DNA from: Candidatus Fermentibacteraceae bacterium
Lineage (GTDB): Bacteria; Fermentibacterota; Fermentibacteria; Fermentibacterales; JCC-6
DNA length: 64,000 nt
Direction of reading: 5' to 3'
Assembly: GCA_041750285.1 (NCBI GenBank)
Contig: JBGSZS010000004.1
Coordinates: 192,001 to 256,000 of the forward strand
Below the pieces are notes generated by a model. It saw only the letters and a program-made list of their open reading frames with translations, was not told where the DNA came from and made no database searches. The position numbers were made by a program, and so were the translations under genes. This document shows positions 60,876 to 64,000 of this stretch, one piece after another (position 1 is the stretch's first letter; each line of letters starts with the position of its first letter).

Positions 60876-62260
60876 CAGATACCACCTTCTTCATGCAGCC
60901 GCATCGAGTAGATGGTTGGAATGGAGGTTGTGGATCCATCCTGCATCGCCGATCCGACTGTTACTTCCTGTACCACTATGACCTCATTGCTTGTAATCTC
61001 TGCAATGTGGGTGTTGTTCGCCAGAACGGTGCCCTCCTGGAGAATGTACGCGACCCCGTTGGCATCTTCCACCATTGCCTGATCCCCACCCGACGGATCA
61101 AGTGTGATCCCGACCAGATGAAGTTCCTCTATGCTCAGATCGGCGAGGGGCCGTCTGAGATCCCGTCTGGCGGCCGGGAACTCGGTGAAGGGGTCCGGCC
61201 TGCTGGAGACTGATTCGTAGATCCGGAAAACGCCGCTCACCGCCACGCCCGATGCGGCAACACCGGTTGCCCCTGATGGCGGCTGACCGGCGCTCTGCCC
61301 CGCAAGGCTGAGTTCGATCCGGGCAAGGTCGTAATCGGGAAGACGGGTTTCCACCTGGTCAAGCCCGGACCACACGGACAACCCCTGATCGGTCAGAAGC
61401 CAGACCGGGGATGAGCCGCAGGCGCAGATCTGCCTGGGGTTTTCCGAAGAGTGGTCAGCGAGCGCCGCGCCTCCGGAAAGCGAACGTATGCCTGACTCGC
61501 TCATTACGAGTGCGGACTGGTGAAGGCTGCCGGGCCCGTGGGAAGCCCACTCGCCGGGAGCGGTCCTGAGGTAGACCACTGAGCCGTCTCCGGCGTACAT
61601 GTCCCGCCCGTCATTCGCGAGAACCGTCACACCGTCGGGAAGGTCTTCTGTGCGGTACAGCCCGACCCTCGAGTCAAGAAGGGCCAGAGTGCCGTCGGTG
61701 TTTATCCAGGCCCAGTCCTGGTCAGCACGGATGAGCCCTCCGAGCGGAGGAACGTTTCCCGTCGCGAAACTCTGGAGCGAATCGGTATGGGGGTTGAGCA
61801 GGACCGATCCGTCCTGGAAGAGAACCAGAAGGTCGCCTTCCGACGAAGCGATATCGATGGAAGGCACCGTCTTCTGGAAGGGGAAGACCTCCGCCTGACC
61901 CCCGGACACCAGGATGGCTTCCCCCGGTGTGAGAAGGACGGGCTCGCCCTCGAGCAGGGCGAGATCGAAGGCCTCTTCCGCTCCCTCGATCCAGGAGGGG
62001 TTCCACACTCCCGTTTCCCGGGACCATGAAAGGAGCAGACCGGAGGCGCCCAGCAGATGCGCGCCGTTCTCATCGGCCTGCATCGCCGTGACCGGACCCG
62101 GTGTGTCAACCGACAGCCATCCCGCAACCGCTTCCGGCTGCACGACGGTAACCGTGCCCCCCTGCGAGCCGGTTGTCTCCTCCCCGTCTCCGGGGCCGCA
62201 TGCCGGCACGAGAAGAAGGAGGGCGACCGCGGCTGCAGGAACTTTAACGGTCTTCAGCAT
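60875..62260 (-). CDS. pilP: PilP-like lipoprotein with a large N-terminal extension
   Basis: Lipobox VPAC; C-terminal ~120 aa PilP-like (RPDPF, IEELHLVGI, AMVEDANGVAYILQEG, IAEIT); between pilO and pilQ; 461 aa in total. Confidence 0.7.
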   Translation of the reverse strand: MLKTVKVPAAAVALLLLVPACGPGDGEETTGSQGGTVTVVQPEAVAGWLSVDTPGPVTAMQADENGAHLLGASGLLLSWSRETGVWNPSWIEGAEEAFDLALLEGEPVLLTPGEAILVSGGQAEVFPFQKTVPSIDIASSEGDLLVLFQDGSVLLNPHTDSLQSFATGNVPPLGGLIRADQDWAWINTDGTLALLDSRVGLYRTEDLPDGVTVLANDGRDMYAGDGSVVYLRTAPGEWASHGPGSLHQSALVMSESGIRSLSGGAALADHSSENPRQICACGSSPVWLLTDQGLSVWSGLDQVETRLPDYDLARIELSLAGQSAGQPPSGATGVAASGVAVSGVFRIYESVSSRPDPFTEFPAARRDLRRPLADLSIEELHLVGITLDPSGGDQAMVEDANGVAYILQEGTVLANNTHIAEITSNEVIVVQEVTVGSAMQDGSTTSIPTIYSMRLHEEGGI

Positions 62261-62282
62261 GATTTCCTGACCTCCTTCCCGC

Positions 62283-62840
62283 TCATGGTTGCACGAAGGC
62301 CCTGAAGGTGAACGACGCCTCGATATTGTCGAACTTTCCCTCGGCTGCCTTCTGCTGGTGAATTTCGAGGTTGGTGACGGCGCTCATCAGCATCTCCTGC
62401 GTGAGCTGGTCGAGAAAGACCCCCAGCCTGTGAAAGCGCCCCGTCAACCTGACCTGCCAGTCGTAGACCAGATACTCGCCTTCCGGGACGTACTGCATGG
62501 GAGTGAGGGACAGGATCGTAAGACCGCTTCTGCCGGCCCCTCCGGTGAGCATCTCCATCACTTCCTCCTGGTCGTAGACCCTTGGAAGAAGCCTGTCGAG
62601 CGTGTTCAGCTCCTGAGTGTACATCTCTATTCTCTGCGCCATCACCGCAAGGTCCTCGGAGGTCCTGCTTCTGAGGCTCTGGTGTTCGATCCTGCGCATT
62701 TCGAGGTTCTGCTCCTCGATCGCGATCTCCTCAGTGAGGCCCTTGGCCAGGAACATGAAGTAACCCAAGACAATGGCAGCGAGAAGAAGAATACCTATGA
62801 TGAACCTCAGGACCCGCGCATCGCGAAAATCTATCGCCAT
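62283..62840 (-). CDS. pilO: Type IVa pilus assembly protein PilO
   Basis: TM helix, coiled coil, LLP, SGLTI, VRLTGRFHRLGVFLDQL. Confidence 0.88.
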   Translation of the reverse strand: MAIDFRDARVLRFIIGILLLAAIVLGYFMFLAKGLTEEIAIEEQNLEMRRIEHQSLRSRTSEDLAVMAQRIEMYTQELNTLDRLLPRVYDQEEVMEMLTGGAGRSGLTILSLTPMQYVPEGEYLVYDWQVRLTGRFHRLGVFLDQLTQEMLMSAVTNLEIHQQKAAEGKFDNIEASFTFRAFVQP

Positions 62841-62897
62841 GGTGAATCCTTTCCTCTTGAAACCGGGGTGTCCGTTCCCTTCATGAGATCACGTCCC

Positions 62898-63323
62898 TTA
62901 AAGGAAATCGGTGATGGCTATGTCCCAGACCACCAGAGTGTCACCCGCGGTGACAGTGAAGGGGGACTCGTCGTAGGTCCTGTAGGTGTAGCTCATGCCC
63001 AGAGCGTATGCCTTGAGGCCGCAGGTTCCCGATCCGGACATGCCGTAACCGCCTATCCCCTCCTCACCCATGGATGGGAAGAAGGGGACCTCAAGCATGA
63101 AAACCCCGTTGGCATTCGTGAGGGTGGAGACCGTGGGCATCGAAAGGCTGTCAGGGTCAACATCCAGAACGATCATCGCGCCTTCGAAGGGTACCGTCAT
63201 CGTGGAGTCTTCAAAGACCCTTCCCGTGATGTATGCCTTGGTCTCCGTGGTGCCGAAGGGATCGCAGCCGGCTGCGAGCAGAACCGCTGCGACCACGACG
63301 AAGAACAACAACTTTCTTTTCAT
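62898..63323 (-). CDS. Hypothetical lipoprotein inside the pil operon
   Basis: GGAGGAG SD, MKRK + hydrophobic stretch + LAAGC lipobox; ITGRV..P.EGA..TNANGVF resembles a carboxypeptidase-regulatory/prealbumin-like beta domain. Confidence 0.75.
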   Translation of the reverse strand: MKRKLLFFVVVAAVLLAAGCDPFGTTETKAYITGRVFEDSTMTVPFEGAMIVLDVDPDSLSMPTVSTLTNANGVFMLEVPFFPSMGEEGIGGYGMSGSGTCGLKAYALGMSYTYRTYDESPFTVTAGDTLVVWDIAITDFL

Positions 63324-63333
63324 GACTCCTCCG

Positions 63334-64000
63334 TCACATTCCGGCGTAGTCGCCCACCAGGGGTTCAAGGGACGACAGGTTTATTCCGACACTCATGGAA
63401 AAACGATACCTTGTTTCATTCCCGGCCCCTTCTTCGAGAGGGGCAACATCGTAGCTCTGACCGAAATCTCCGGTGAGGAAAAGTGTCTGGGTTCCGTCGG
63501 GGGTGATCTCGGAGAGCCGTCGCTGGAACTCGATCACATCGCCCCAGGACCTTGCGATGCCTGTTATCTGAAGATCGGTGCCCATCAGGGAAAGGTCGGT
63601 GAGGTAGATGTTCTTGCCCGACTCTTCAGCCAGTGCGGATTGCTGCGGATAAAGGGCCCTGCACAGGTATTCCAGAACGTAGACAGTGCTCTTCTGCTGA
63701 AGTGAGAGGCTGGCGATGGCCGCACGCTTCTGATTGACGGTCTGCTCGAGGGCGGTGACCTCCTGCTGTCTGGAGAGCTGTTCCTCCATCCTGGCGATCT
63801 CGGCGTCGACGGAAGCCACTTCAGCCCTTATGTCGTCACGCTTCTTCTGCATGCTCATGTAGTGAAGCCCAAGAAGGATGACGCACACGACCACCAGCCC
63901 CAGTGGCAGCCAGCTGATGACTGCCGCCATGGGCGAGGCATCGGCGGCTGCAGCGGAGGCCTTGGTCTTCTGTTTCTCCTCCTCGGGCAGGATGTTGATG
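63334..64000 (-). CDS. pilN: Type IV pilus assembly protein PilN (start lies outside the window)
   Basis: The frame stays open to the window end with INILPEE (typical PilN INLLP); TM helix, coiled coil, IYLTDL..LQITGIA..VIEF. Confidence 0.85.
   Translation of the reverse strand, partial: INILPEEEKQKTKASAAAADASPMAAVISWLPLGLVVVCVILLGLHYMSMQKKRDDIRAEVASVDAEIARMEEQLSRQQEVTALEQTVNQKRAAIASLSLQQKSTVYVLEYLCRALYPQQSALAEESGKNIYLTDLSLMGTDLQITGIARSWGDVIEFQRRLSEITPDGTQTLFLTGDFGQSYDVAPLEEGAGNETRYRFSMSVGINLSSLEPLVGDYAGM

Noticed and set aside
58611..63476. Long plus-strand ORFs 58611-59894 and 62289-63476
   Set aside because: Antisense to rsmD, pilQ, pilO and pilN.

Overview
A gene-dense, GC-rich (roughly 60-65% by eye) chromosomal segment from a diderm, LPS-making bacterium. 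The gene set points to the FCB superphylum outside Bacteroidota, possibly Ca. Fermentibacterota or a relative (inference, from the SprA-like translocon, LpxC-FabZ fusion, short region-1.1-less sigma70 and gingipain-like C25 protease with an Ig-type tail). In order: a truncated sprA/sov-like gene (missing from the ORF track because it runs off the left end), lptF-lptG, flavodoxin, serC, ligA with an upstream M1-peptidase-like lipoprotein, and a long minus-strand envelope-biogenesis cluster (prfB with its +1 frameshift, lysS, lolE/C, lolD, clpC, bamA, skp, lpxD, lpxC-fabZ, lpxA, DUF5683-like, ECF sigma, anti-sigma). Then two tandem cation:proton antiporters plus a PTS-EIIA/PII-like fusion, glyA, a four-domain CoA-disulfide reductase, an apparently decayed MNT-HEPN toxin-antitoxin pair, an RlmL-like methylase, an AEC transporter, several secreted unknown proteins, a stand-alone rpsD, C25 and tricorn proteases, an M23 peptidase, sigma70, a small gmhA cluster, a zinc-ribbon/RomX-like protein, aminotransferase-coaD-rsmD and a modified pilN-(lipoprotein)-pilO-pilP-pilQ operon. 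No rRNA, tRNA, CRISPR array, IS element or prophage was seen. The best candidates for new biology are: a T9SS-like export system with two kinds of C-terminal tail (Ig-type CTD and a short TWxxIK tail), the antiporter pair with an EIIA-PII regulator, and a type IV pilus variant with an enlarged PilP, an extra lipoprotein and a nearby RomX-like protein. All family assignments come from motif recognition by eye; no database search was run.
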